Virus record (IMG/VR): IMGVR_UViG_3300031565_000168
Span: 1-36,350 of that record
DNA: 36,350 bases
DNA from: a virus
Strand: one strand, 5' to 3'
In this document: positions 16,125 through 25,855 of the stretch, one piece after another
How positions within the stretch are numbered: position 1 is the first letter of the stretch
Layout of the letters: every line of letters starts with the position of its first letter
Translations under genes and position numbers: made by a program
The notes under the pieces: model-generated
The model's database searches: none
What the model was told of the DNA's origin: nothing
What the model saw: the letters and a program-made list of their open reading frames with translations, nothing else

Positions 16125-16556
16125 ATGGGAATAGAGGTTCGGCTGGACTACAAAGAGGTCAGGAAGATGCTCAAGGCGATCGGTAAAGAACTACCCCGGT
16201 TCCTTATAAAGCCTCTGTATCGCGCAGCAGATTTTATCAGGGGAGTATCGCAGGAACATTATTTGAGAGGTCCCCGACCTGATCGACTTGCGGTTGTGAG
16301 TAGTCGCCTTTTCGGAAGTCTTCGAGCCGAAGCGAAAGTCACCGGAAAGGGCGCGATAGGTATAGTCAAGGCCAATGCTCACAGCGATCAGGGTTTTGAC
16401 TATCCAGCTTATTGGGAAACAGACGGATCGGCTCACGGGGGACCAAGACCTTTTTTGAAGCCAGCACGAGATGAACATCCGGATGAATGGATGAGGGTTT
16501 TTAATAAAGCCTTTGAGGAGCGATTTAACGCATGGCAAAAAGGGAAGCAATTCTAG
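16125..16556 (+). CDS. HK97 gp10-like neck / tail-attachment protein
   Basis: GGPRPFLKPARDEH motif and its position. Confidence 0.6.
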   Translation: MGIEVRLDYKEVRKMLKAIGKELPRFLIKPLYRAADFIRGVSQEHYLRGPRPDRLAVVSSRLFGSLRAEAKVTGKGAIGIVKANAHSDQGFDYPAYWETDGSAHGGPRPFLKPARDEHPDEWMRVFNKAFEERFNAWQKGKQF

Positions 16557-16975
16557 TCAATACGGTAACGACGCTCGGAAATATTACTGTTCCAGGCGGA
16601 TACAACAACAATATCGGGCTCGTTACCAGGGAACCGAAAGATTGGGTAAATCTCAAACCTTCCGAATTGCCAGCGGCATGGGCGTTATGGGCTCCGGATG
16701 TGAGAGAGTCGAAAGACGTGCAGGGACATAATATCCTCAGCACATTGACGCTCAGGATCCGGGGCATAGTATATGCAAAGACAGCCCTAGAAACCGAGCT
16801 TAATAAGTTCACCGAGGACGTGGAAAAGGCGATGATGGTAGATGAAACAAGGGGCGGTAATGCCATGTATACGAATCCGGGAACGGTAACTCCTTTTAGA
16901 GGTCCGACACAATATCATTTAATTTTCGATTTTGATTTCGAGGTCAAATATCAATACCTGAGGGGAAGTCCGTAA
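16532..16975 (+). CDS. Neck / tail-completion protein (position-based)
   Basis: ORF between the gp10-like gene and the major tail gene. Confidence 0.55.
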   Translation: MAKREAILVNTVTTLGNITVPGGYNNNIGLVTREPKDWVNLKPSELPAAWALWAPDVRESKDVQGHNILSTLTLRIRGIVYAKTALETELNKFTEDVEKAMMVDETRGGNAMYTNPGTVTPFRGPTQYHLIFDFDFEVKYQYLRGSP

Positions 16976-17003
16976 TAAGCAAACTATTTTTGAGGTGATA
17001 AAA

Positions 17004-17264
17004 ATGGGACACAAAGTTATTCCGCTTGAATCCTGGGTCACTCCGAATCATGCTGTCGCAAAAGAAGATGATATTGACAAGACAGAAATCCTTGTACCTG
17101 ATGACGAATATGAGTGGCTCAAGAAACGAGAGAAAGAGCTAGGCCGGAAGATTTTCAAGGACGTTTCCGAGCCTGCAAAAAAACCTAAGAAGGGCTTGAT
17201 TCAAAAAGGCGGTTCTATGAGACCGGCCCCGGTCCTTCCAAAACTAAAACGAGAGGAGGATTGA
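17004..17264 (+). CDS. Hypothetical Lys-rich protein
   Basis: ATG at 17004 behind tgaggtga. Confidence 0.55.
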   Translation: MGHKVIPLESWVTPNHAVAKEDDIDKTEILVPDDEYEWLKKREKELGRKIFKDVSEPAKKPKKGLIQKGGSMRPAPVLPKLKREED

Positions 17265-17265
17265 T

Positions 17266-18612
17266 ATGGGAATCTATACAGGATCAGGTGCAGCAATCGC
17301 CGAGTACGCCCTAGAGACGGCATACGGAGATGAGACGGTTTTTGATGTAGCACTTGAACTCGTCGAAGAGGGTATGAAGGAAAATACGGAACCCCTAAGA
17401 TCCCCCATTCCTATGGGGAGTCGGGCTCATGCAACGTATCACCAGGGATCGAAGGAAGCCGGAGGACCTATGAAGATCATCGCGAATCCCGACAATCTCC
17501 CCAAAATACTTTACGCGATACTCGGCATAGAAGGGAACGCAACCCAGGTTGAGGGAGCGACAGCAGAGGTCACGGAGATCACCTGCGAGGCCGATACTGA
17601 CGGAAGTTTGAGCGGTGAGTATATCACGTTCAATGCGCCAGCGTTACCATTTTATGCTTGGTTTGATGTAGACGACAGAGGGTCGATTGATCCGGATCTA
17701 TCGGGTAAGACCGGGATCGCCGTTGGAATCACAGCAGGTGATGCAGCGGCGGATGTAGCGGCGGCAATGGAAACTGCAATCCATGCGAATGCTAATTTCA
17801 CGGCTGGTTCGGCGGCGGCGAAGGTAACGATCACGAATGTTGCCAATGGAACTGTGCTGGAAGCGACGAACGGAAATACGGGTTGGGGAACAGCTCCAAA
17901 TGTCACAACAGATGGATCGGGCGGGTTAGCCTACGATCACCATTTCACACCCGTAGCTGCCGGCGGAGATCTTCCGAGCCTTCATGTCGGGATCGACAAA
18001 ACCGGATCCCAGTATTCTTATCCAGGCGTCGTAATCAACACGGCAACCTTCGAGTTCACAAAGGGGGACTATCTGTATGTAACCCTTGAGACACTCGCGC
18101 AGAAAGAGAAAGATGATCAGGATAATCTGCAAGGAATCGCTCTCAGTACAAAGCTTCCGTATATCGGCGATTACGTGAGTCTCGAAGTCGGGGGAGGTGC
18201 AGTGGCTTACGGGATCTCAGGAAGCCTGACGATCAACAACTTTCTCGATGAGGAAGGATCGAAACGATGGACGGGGACCCGTTATCGAGCGGAACCGAGG
18301 CCTCAGACCTTCATGGTGACGGCGAATATTGAGATCGAGTGGGAAGCTGGAAGTGATGCTCTCCGGGATGCTATCCGGGACAATAGTGATCAGCATATCG
18401 ATTTCGTTATCACACACGAAACAGCGATCGAGGGTGATCATTACTACACAACGACAATCCATATTCCGACGGCGAAGATCATCGGTGATCTTCCGGTGCT
18501 CAGTACCCGAGATCGGATCCCGTTCTCATTAGTAGTTGAGGGCATATACAATGCAACGAATCTCATGAAGATTACGCATCGGGATGGTTTGGCGGCAAAA
18601 TGGAGCGCATAG
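17266..18612 (+). CDS. Major tail (tube) protein with a roughly 120-aa inserted domain
   Basis: Largest ORF directly before the G/GT chaperones and tape measure. Residues 100-219 are homologous to the connector insert. Confidence 0.75.
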   Translation: MGIYTGSGAAIAEYALETAYGDETVFDVALELVEEGMKENTEPLRSPIPMGSRAHATYHQGSKEAGGPMKIIANPDNLPKILYAILGIEGNATQVEGATAEVTEITCEADTDGSLSGEYITFNAPALPFYAWFDVDDRGSIDPDLSGKTGIAVGITAGDAAADVAAAMETAIHANANFTAGSAAAKVTITNVANGTVLEATNGNTGWGTAPNVTTDGSGGLAYDHHFTPVAAGGDLPSLHVGIDKTGSQYSYPGVVINTATFEFTKGDYLYVTLETLAQKEKDDQDNLQGIALSTKLPYIGDYVSLEVGGGAVAYGISGSLTINNFLDEEGSKRWTGTRYRAEPRPQTFMVTANIEIEWEAGSDALRDAIRDNSDQHIDFVITHETAIEGDHYYTTTIHIPTAKIIGDLPVLSTRDRIPFSLVVEGIYNATNLMKITHRDGLAAKWSA

Positions 18613-18635
18613 TTCTAAAAAACAAGAGGTAAAAC

Positions 18636-19046
18636 ATGAAAATTAAAGCAGGGAATTTTCGCTCTACTAGAAGAACGAAAGAGGTCGACATCTCTGAATT
18701 TGTTGATCCGAAAGTGGTAGAGCAGTTCGGCGGGAAGGTTCTTATTGAGCTGAAAAAACTCAAGACACAAGAGCGGGATGATAATACCGGGATCCTATCA
18801 AGGTATGCAGACTTCGATAAGACGACCCGAAAGGGTCAATTCACGGATCCTAAATGGGTCCATGAAAGCCGAGTCCAGATGTTACTCGTTGGAGTAAACA
18901 AAGATCGGACAGATTTCCCGTTCGAGACTTGGGACGAGAAATTTCTTGAAGAAATAGACGAGTCCTGTCCGGAACTCATCGAATATCTCAGTGACGAACT
19001 GGACGAGCTCAACCGCCCTTTGCCGCCGAAGAACTCGAAGAAATAG
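18636..19046 (+). CDS. Tail assembly chaperone (gpG-like)
   Basis: Acidic helical 136-aa protein immediately before the tape measure. A slippery site lies near its 3' end. Confidence 0.75.
   Translation: MKIKAGNFRSTRRTKEVDISEFVDPKVVEQFGGKVLIELKKLKTQERDDNTGILSRYADFDKTTRKGQFTDPKWVHESRVQMLLVGVNKDRTDFPFETWDEKFLEEIDESCPELIEYLSDELDELNRPLPPKNSKK
19016..19022 (+). promoter_or_regulatory. Candidate -1 programmed frameshift heptamer C_CCT_TTG
   Basis: X_XXY_YYZ in the G frame. The -1 frame is open from 18995 to 19324. Confidence 0.6.
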
Positions 19047-19324
19047 TCAGTTCAACCAGACGATCTTTTCGAGGTCATCCTCCAGCAACCCCTGAGGCAT
19101 ATCGGGCAATGATGAAATGGGGGTCATATATTGAGATGTTCGATGTACTTCGAGATGCAAACGGAGACTTTCGGCACTATCCGGAGAGCGGAGGATATTA
19201 CGATCAGGATGCTGGCATAATGAACATTTTACAGGTAATCCGACAGGAGTTTAAAAATATAAAACGTCAACGAGAGAAGGAATGGGAGCAAAAGCAAAGA
19301 TCTTCATCACTGCCGAGGATCTGA
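19022..19324 (+). CDS. Frameshift extension giving the gpGT-like chaperone (with 18636..19022)
   Basis: The -1 frame has no stop from 18995. The track ORF 19109..19324 is its distal part and lacks a convincing SD of its own. Confidence 0.6.
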   Translation, partial: AAEELEEIVSSTRRSFRGHPPATPEAYRAMMKWGSYIEMFDVLRDANGDFRHYPESGGYYDQDAGIMNILQVIRQEFKNIKRQREKEWEQKQRSSSLPRI

Positions 19325-21291
19325 CCGGTCCCGGATTGAAGAAGGTCCAACAATCATTTCAAAAAGTAGGCTCACAACTCTCGAGTATAGGGAGAAAGAT
19401 GAGCCTATTTATTACAGCTCCCCTTGCGATACTCGGTGGTGTAGCTCTAAAAGCAGCTGCGGATTTTGAGAAACAACAGGTTGCTTTTGAGACAATGCTC
19501 GGAAGTGCTGAGAAAGCTGGAAATCTCCTGAAAGATATTATAGATTTCAGTGCAAAGACCCCATTCAAACTCCCCGGATTGCAGGATGCAGCAGCCCGAC
19601 TTCTTGGATTCGGAATCGAAGGAGAAAAAGTTGTAAATACTCTGAACATGCTCGGTAATGCGGCCCAAGGCGATCAGGCTCGCCTTGATCGTTTGACTCT
19701 TGCATTCGGTAAACTTCGGGCAAAGGGCAAGGCTACTCTCGAGGAGCTGAATATGTTCCTCGAGGCCGGAGTCCCGATCCTCGACGAGCTCTCCCGTATG
19801 TATGGCGTAACGACTCAGGATATGTTTGAAATGATCAGTAAAGGAAAAATCGGGTTTGAAGATGTAAACAAAGCATTAACTAATCTAACGACCGGGACAG
19901 GAATGTTCGCCGGGATGCTTGAGAAGCAAAGCAAAACTCTAAGTGGTCTGTTCTCTACGATTCTCGATAATCTAAAACTCCTCGGTATGGAAATAATGCA
20001 GACTATCTTACCGGCGATTAAAGAATTTGCAACAAAGGCATTGAAACTTATAGAAAGACTTCGCGGTATGAATGAACGTACAAAAAAACTCATTGTTATA
20101 GTGGCAGGATTAACGGCAGTCGTAGGACCGCTCATGATAGCATTGGGAGGTTTGGTTACTATGCTAAACTTTTTAGCAGCGGCAGGTGGTCCGGTTATGT
20201 GGGTCATTGCGGCTATAGGGCTATTAGTAACAGCGGGGATCCTGCTATATACCCATTGGGAAAAGGTCAGTAGATTTCTCGAGCAAATCTGGGTAAATAT
20301 CGCAACAACTGCACAACAGATTTTTCAAGCTGTTAAAATCGCTGTATTGCAACCTCTAATCGATATTTTAAATGGGTTACGTTTTATAAGAGAACTCTTC
20401 GGAGGAGAAGCGACCAAGATAATAAATGCAATACAGACTCTTACAAATGCACAAGTTGAATCTGCAATCACAATAAAAGAATTGGGAGACAGAAGAAGAG
20501 AAGCGAATAAAACAGCCAAAGCATTACGGGAGGAGGAGAAAAAACTCGCTGAAGTACAGGCTGAAATGAACGAAGTATTGATTACTGCGCCATCTCTAGT
20601 AGAAGATTATACTGCCAAAATAGACGATCTTACCGAAGCCGAGGAGGAGCTTCTACATAACATTAATCATACGAGCGAAAGGCTACACGCTGCTGATAAT
20701 GCAATGTGGGAGGCATCTCTAACGACAGATAAATATGCCGAGGCCATGCAACGGCTTGGAGATGAAGCGAGGCGGCTGAATACGAAGTTACCTGAAATCA
20801 CTGATAATACAGAAAGGCTGAAAGAAGAAGTTCTTGAAACGGCCGACGTGATGGAGAAGACCTGGGGCCGATCCTGGGAGATCATGGGAGATCAGACAAA
20901 AAGCGGAGCAGATAAAATCAAAGAAATTATGAAGAATATGTTTGTCTACTTTCTTGAAGCAGAGGCAAAAAAACTACTCGTACTGGCTGCAGAAGCTTTT
21001 GCAGCTTTTAATATAATCGGTGGTACGGGATTCATGGCAGCAGCCGCCCTCGCCTATGGCGCAATCGGTTTTATACAATCACTTGCCCAGGGTGGTATCA
21101 CAACAGATGAGACGCTTGCACACTTGCACCCGAACGAAGCAGTAATACCCCTTGATAGTCCCCAGGGGCGCCGGATCATGGGTCCGACGATCAACGTTTA
21201 CAATTACATCTCCGGGAGCGTACAGACAGAGAAGGATCTCGCGGAGACGATAGCCGAAGAGATCGGTCGACAGGGGTATTCGGTAACATGA
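19282..21291 (+). CDS. Tail tape measure protein
   Basis: FSAKTPFKLPGLQDAAARLLGFG...LTLAFGKLRAKGKATLEELNMFLEAGVP (TP901-type core), a hydrophobic central segment and coiled coils. Confidence 0.9.
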   Translation: MGAKAKIFITAEDLTGPGLKKVQQSFQKVGSQLSSIGRKMSLFITAPLAILGGVALKAAADFEKQQVAFETMLGSAEKAGNLLKDIIDFSAKTPFKLPGLQDAAARLLGFGIEGEKVVNTLNMLGNAAQGDQARLDRLTLAFGKLRAKGKATLEELNMFLEAGVPILDELSRMYGVTTQDMFEMISKGKIGFEDVNKALTNLTTGTGMFAGMLEKQSKTLSGLFSTILDNLKLLGMEIMQTILPAIKEFATKALKLIERLRGMNERTKKLIVIVAGLTAVVGPLMIALGGLVTMLNFLAAAGGPVMWVIAAIGLLVTAGILLYTHWEKVSRFLEQIWVNIATTAQQIFQAVKIAVLQPLIDILNGLRFIRELFGGEATKIINAIQTLTNAQVESAITIKELGDRRREANKTAKALREEEKKLAEVQAEMNEVLITAPSLVEDYTAKIDDLTEAEEELLHNINHTSERLHAADNAMWEASLTTDKYAEAMQRLGDEARRLNTKLPEITDNTERLKEEVLETADVMEKTWGRSWEIMGDQTKSGADKIKEIMKNMFVYFLEAEAKKLLVLAAEAFAAFNIIGGTGFMAAAALAYGAIGFIQSLAQGGITTDETLAHLHPNEAVIPLDSPQGRRIMGPTINVYNYISGSVQTEKDLAETIAEEIGRQGYSVT

Positions 21292-23399
21292 GCCTTTTAC
21301 ACATATCAGACGCTTTTAAGACTTACCTCAAAGAGCCTGCAGGTGATAAGAAGTATCTCGCCTATGTTGATTTCCGACAACAGCTCTATCCTCCACAGAC
21401 CGGACATGGATTAACCTTTCACCCCTTCCCCGACAACAAGATCGACCGGGGGCATTGCGAAGCTACTACCGAGCCAATGGCGAATGATGAGACGGTCGCT
21501 ATCACGACTAATGCGACATGGGTTCGGACCTCCGCACAGCATTATCGGGGAAATTATTCATGGCTAATGACGAAGACCTCCGCGAGCGGCGCGGGTGACG
21601 CTCTTGTATACCTTGTCGATGGCACGGTCACGACGGATCTCCACGGATTCGAAGCCGGTAAAAAATATCGTTATAGTCTCAGGGCCCGGACCTCGGATCA
21701 TGTAAATTACCGGTTCCAGGTATATGAATATTCCGGGGGGGCATGGAACGAGCTCGTAAGCGATGCACTCACAGCCTCAGATGCATGGGAAGAGGTCAAC
21801 GGAACTTTTGAACTTGAGCCGAATACAACGGGTATTTATATTCGGAACTATATAACAAGCGTGGCGTCCATTGCCGAAACCGCCAATGTAGACGAGATCA
21901 AGATCGACGAAGAGAATCAAACCGGCTCCCATGTCGGATACTTCGGCAGCCTTGCGACAGATCCTCATCCGCAATGGTGTCTCGATCTTCCTGATTATTT
22001 CACCTTCTGGATTCGATGCAAACCATATTTTCCTTACGATACAGCCGATACACAAGCTTTATTTAGTTGGTATATCTCGGCGACGATCAAATTGTATCTG
22101 GCTTATGCTCCGACGGCAGATAAGTTTTACATCATGTGGGAGGACGATGGGGCTGTTGCGGGATTAGGCAGTCAACGGTACGACGACGGCTCGACATACA
22201 GCGATTTAAACCAATGGATTGATATTGTAGGCGTTGTTGATCTTCGCGTGGGGGGACGGACAACGGGATCATCCCTCTGGACGGATTGGGTCAGGCGTGC
22301 TGATACGTGGAGTGTAAACCATGATCTAAAGACGAGCAATTTTCCGTTACTCAATATTGGACATTATCATTCGGGCTGGGAATGGAACGGCGAGATCGCA
22401 TTCTTTAAAATATGGCCGAATACAATTGTATCCGATGCCGATATCGGTGCACACTTCCGTACCGTTAAAGACGAGGAGATATATTTCCCATTCAACGGTC
22501 ATGGGGTCGGACATACTCGCTGTAATGTATCTGATAAAGTTTTGAACATGAATCTTGAGCTCACGAAGAAATCGAGAGCCGATGCATGGATTGCAAACTG
22601 TGGCGGATTAAATCTTGACAATCATGATGGTATTTTCTCAGACGATCAGTACGCCGCCTTCGACGCGAGCCTTGAACAGTACAACGGTACGGCGGCCCAG
22701 GCATATATGCAGCAGCGCTGCGGAATCGAGATTGAGGCACTGTACGAAGCCGAAGTAGCGGTCGAACCCTTTTTCACCGGACGGATTGACGACAAAGGAT
22801 TCGCTCGCAAATCTGATGCCGGGAAGTCTCGCGTCAATCTTGGATTCACCGATATCATCGATGAGATGCAGAATGTCGGGATTGAGAAATCGGTCTATTA
22901 CGAAGATTATAAATTCTGTGATCCTAATAATGAATCACAATCTCTCGTACATCTATTTGCACGGTTGGCGACGGCACCGAAAGTATTTAATTTTGCGAGT
23001 AATTCGAGTTTTGAGAATGCCGCGATCGGGAACAGTTGGGCGAATACGGATCTTTCGTCCTTGACCAGACAGGCGGGCGGTCTATTCGGGACATACCTGG
23101 GCCGGATGGCCTATGACGCTGTCGCCGGTGGTACTCAGGATGCTCACGCGACTATTATGTTTGACGAAGAAACAAAGTTGAATGTCGGAGAAAAGTTTAC
23201 CTTTTCGATCTATTTGAAAAGCACGGTAGCCTGTAGCTGTAAAATCAGCATCGATGAAAATGATTCAGTCGGAATGAATGATAGTACCGAAGCAAATTAC
23301 GCACTCGTCGGGGGCGAGGGCTGGATACCTTTTTCTGTTACTCATGAAATAACTGATCCGGATTCGGATCGGCTAATCATACGTGTTGAGATGGATTGA
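21288..23399 (+). CDS. Distal tail / receptor-binding protein with two CBM4_9-like (carbohydrate-binding module) domains and a LamG (ConA-like lectin) domain
   Basis: First gene after the tape measure. The lectin-fold calls are by eye: aa 55-200 and 590-703 look CBM-like, aa 240-395 look LamG-like. Confidence 0.7.
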   Translation: MSLLHISDAFKTYLKEPAGDKKYLAYVDFRQQLYPPQTGHGLTFHPFPDNKIDRGHCEATTEPMANDETVAITTNATWVRTSAQHYRGNYSWLMTKTSASGAGDALVYLVDGTVTTDLHGFEAGKKYRYSLRARTSDHVNYRFQVYEYSGGAWNELVSDALTASDAWEEVNGTFELEPNTTGIYIRNYITSVASIAETANVDEIKIDEENQTGSHVGYFGSLATDPHPQWCLDLPDYFTFWIRCKPYFPYDTADTQALFSWYISATIKLYLAYAPTADKFYIMWEDDGAVAGLGSQRYDDGSTYSDLNQWIDIVGVVDLRVGGRTTGSSLWTDWVRRADTWSVNHDLKTSNFPLLNIGHYHSGWEWNGEIAFFKIWPNTIVSDADIGAHFRTVKDEEIYFPFNGHGVGHTRCNVSDKVLNMNLELTKKSRADAWIANCGGLNLDNHDGIFSDDQYAAFDASLEQYNGTAAQAYMQQRCGIEIEALYEAEVAVEPFFTGRIDDKGFARKSDAGKSRVNLGFTDIIDEMQNVGIEKSVYYEDYKFCDPNNESQSLVHLFARLATAPKVFNFASNSSFENAAIGNSWANTDLSSLTRQAGGLFGTYLGRMAYDAVAGGTQDAHATIMFDEETKLNVGEKFTFSIYLKSTVACSCKISIDENDSVGMNDSTEANYALVGGEGWIPFSVTHEITDPDSDRLIIRVEMD

Positions 23400-23431
23400 T
23401 GAATAGAAATATCTTTTCATGGAGGTAACAA

Positions 23432-23536
23432 ATGAGTGCAAGAAAGAAGATGGGTATTTCCCTATTCATAATAGGGGCAGCGGCCATTGTCGGGGGAGTT
23501 TTGGCTATTAAATTCCCCGCTGATCCGGTATGGTAG
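23432..23536 (+). CDS. 34-aa membrane micro-protein
   Basis: Hand translation gives MSARKKMGISLFIIGAAAIVGGVLAIKFPADPVW. SD ggaggt lies 5 nt upstream. Confidence 0.5.
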   Translation: MSARKKMGISLFIIGAAAIVGGVLAIKFPADPVW

Positions 23537-23795
23537 ACAACGGCAATACCGTTTATCGGGATTATAGCGGAGTTCTTCGGCTTCAAGTTTGTTTATCCCG
23601 ATGTTGACTGAAATCCAGGGGGAGGATAAAACCTTCCCCACTATTAGGGAAATAAGAACATGAAGAGGGTTTTATCTATTGAGTGCGAAGGCATTATTGA
23701 TGTCCATGTACGAGAGGTTCGTGGCGGTAGAATACATTTTAAATTAAATCTTAACGAATATCAATGGAAACTATTGAAAGAGGAGGTAAAGAAAT

Positions 23796-24215
23796 ATGAA
23801 AAAAAGAAAAAAACTATTCCTGTATAGTATCATTTTTGTAATGCTGATCGGGGGAATTTGTTTTGCGCAACAACTTTTTGAAACATACTACGGAGATCAT
23901 CCTACTATAACATGGGATCCTGTAGCGGAACCTGCAAATGGTACACAAACCTACGTTATATGGATGACAGATAGAAATGGATGGGAAACAATAGTAGGCG
24001 AAACGGTCCTTCCTCCATACACTCTTGACGTGACCATGTATTCTACCGAGGTCTTTCCGGGGGTACAGACGAAGATAGTTCTTGATAACGGTACTGAGCT
24101 TCCGAGTGAAATAATCTGGTCGTATGATGGCAGGGTGGAGTATGTTCCTGTCCCTTTCGTCTTATTGCGGGGTGCACAAGCTGTGAAAAACTTTAAAATA
24201 TTTCAGGATGATTAA
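23796..24215 (+). CDS. Secreted or membrane-anchored beta-rich protein (signal peptide)
   Basis: N-terminus MKKRKKLFLYSIIFVMLIGGICFA-QQ. SD gaggaggt upstream. Confidence 0.7.
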   Translation: MKKRKKLFLYSIIFVMLIGGICFAQQLFETYYGDHPTITWDPVAEPANGTQTYVIWMTDRNGWETIVGETVLPPYTLDVTMYSTEVFPGVQTKIVLDNGTELPSEIIWSYDGRVEYVPVPFVLLRGAQAVKNFKIFQDD

Positions 24216-24242
24216 TGCACTAGGGAGATTTAGGAGACAGTA

Positions 24243-24974
24243 ATGGGTATTCCTGTTATTGAAAGCGTTGAACCAGCTACAACCGGTGGAACTGAATCTA
24301 CCGATCTTGTTTTCGCTTCTGCCCCAAGTGGCCTTGCCGCTGGTGATCTTATCCTGATTATTGGAATGTGCGAGCAACAAAATACAGATGAATGGCAAGC
24401 ATTAACAGGTTATACGGCGATTGTACTTGGCAATAATGCAAATGATGCTCATTTACGATTTTACTGGCGTATAACTACAGGTGATGCCAACGATGGTTTC
24501 CCCAACTTGACACCAACTACAAGTTACCCAACTTTTAAGGTTGGGTGGGCGTGTAGGATTTCCGGTGTTAATACATCAGACCCAATAAATCAAACGGGAA
24601 CAGCAGAGATTGGCAGCGGACCCGACATAGAAGTTGATGCGTTAACGACCGATGCGATTAATTGTCTGGCGATATTTGGTATTGCTATAGATGGTTCTGA
24701 TGTTACACCGGTATCTATCAGTGGCGGAACTGGATGGTCGATGTATGGCAATTTAGAAGACCCCGCCGATAATGCTGACGGTGTCGGTGGAGCTTTTGGA
24801 ACGAAAGAGGTTCCATCCATAGGTAGTACGGGTACGGTAACACTCACGTGGGATGCTGATGGTTTTCAGGCAGTACAACTTGCGATTGAGGGTGCAGCGG
24901 ACGGCGGTGGAATATCAATGCCGCTTGTAATGTTACAGCACGATCATTTTGGGGGAGGAAAAATAAATGGGTAG
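24243..24974 (+). CDS. Tail fiber-module protein, unknown function
   Basis: ORF with SD aggag upstream; Gly/Thr-rich and beta-like. Confidence 0.7.
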   Translation: MGIPVIESVEPATTGGTESTDLVFASAPSGLAAGDLILIIGMCEQQNTDEWQALTGYTAIVLGNNANDAHLRFYWRITTGDANDGFPNLTPTTSYPTFKVGWACRISGVNTSDPINQTGTAEIGSGPDIEVDALTTDAINCLAIFGIAIDGSDVTPVSISGGTGWSMYGNLEDPADNADGVGGAFGTKEVPSIGSTGTVTLTWDADGFQAVQLAIEGAADGGGISMPLVMLQHDHFGGGKING

Positions 24975-25845
24975 GCCAATAAAAAAGGGATCAACGGATC
25001 AATCGACTGTTATCCGTATTATAGATTCTACAGACGGTACGCCCGAGAATGGCGTTGAGCATGATACGGATGGTATTGATTTGTGGTATCGGAGAGAGGG
25101 GGCGACTAAAACGAGTATTACTGAAGCCGCTCTTGCCGCTCTTGATTCTGCACATTCGGACGGTGGTATAGAACTCATCGGAGATGGATATTATCGTCTT
25201 GATCTACCCGATGCGGCCTGGGCCGCTGCCTCCGATGGTGTCGCTATTGGCGGAACGTTGACCGGCATGATAGTCATAGGAAATTACCATGCACTTGTCG
25301 ACTACGATCCCTATGATGCTGTAAGAATGGGGATGACGGCACTGCCGAATGCCGCTGCCAATGCTGCGGGGGGCTTACCCATCAGTGCCGGTGGCGGACT
25401 TGCTCTCGATACGATTTTAGGTCGAATCACCGCTAATGTTGCCCTGGCCTCTATATGTACGGATGCAAGACTAGCAGAACTTGCGGCGGCGAACATCCCT
25501 GCGGACGTGGATACATTGAAAGCAAGAATTACCGCCCTCCTGCCGACTAAGGCGGAGATGGATGCCGCTCACGCCTTGCTCGCTACGCCCGCACAGGTCA
25601 AAACACAGGCCGTTGCCGCTTTGAATACTGATACATATGCTGAACCCGGTCAAGAAGCTCCCACCGCAACGACTACGCTCGTCGACAAGATCGGTTATCT
25701 CTTTAAATATCTGAGAAACAAAATCACTAATGATGGTACAGACATCAAGGTGTATAACGATGCTGGCGCGGTGGTCGACCAGAAGTCTCCGGTCAGTGAG
25801 GCGGCCGGTACTGTAACTCGTGGAGAATTTATCAGTGGGCCATAA
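24967..25845 (+). CDS. Tail fiber-like protein with an Ala-rich central coiled region
   Basis: ORF overlapping the upstream stop, within the tail module. Confidence 0.7.
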   Translation: MGRPIKKGSTDQSTVIRIIDSTDGTPENGVEHDTDGIDLWYRREGATKTSITEAALAALDSAHSDGGIELIGDGYYRLDLPDAAWAAASDGVAIGGTLTGMIVIGNYHALVDYDPYDAVRMGMTALPNAAANAAGGLPISAGGGLALDTILGRITANVALASICTDARLAELAAANIPADVDTLKARITALLPTKAEMDAAHALLATPAQVKTQAVAALNTDTYAEPGQEAPTATTTLVDKIGYLFKYLRNKITNDGTDIKVYNDAGAVVDQKSPVSEAAGTVTRGEFISGP

Positions 25846-25855
25846 GGAATAAACC

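Noticed and set aside
15264-17922. I considered the two homologous segments (15264-15614 and 17563-17922) as a template/variable repeat pair of a diversity-generating retroelement.
   Set aside because: No reverse transcriptase is present anywhere in the genome. The nucleotide identity is far too low for a TR/VR pair, and the differences are not confined to adenine positions. Both copies are in-frame protein domains.
23660-23827. A possible 55-aa ORF (MKRVLSIECEG...) in the gap before the signal-peptide gene.
   Set aside because: It has no convincing SD, it overlaps the well-supported start at 23796, and it ends in a poly-Lys run that derives from the A-rich ribosome-binding region of the next gene. 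I kept it out of the feature list.
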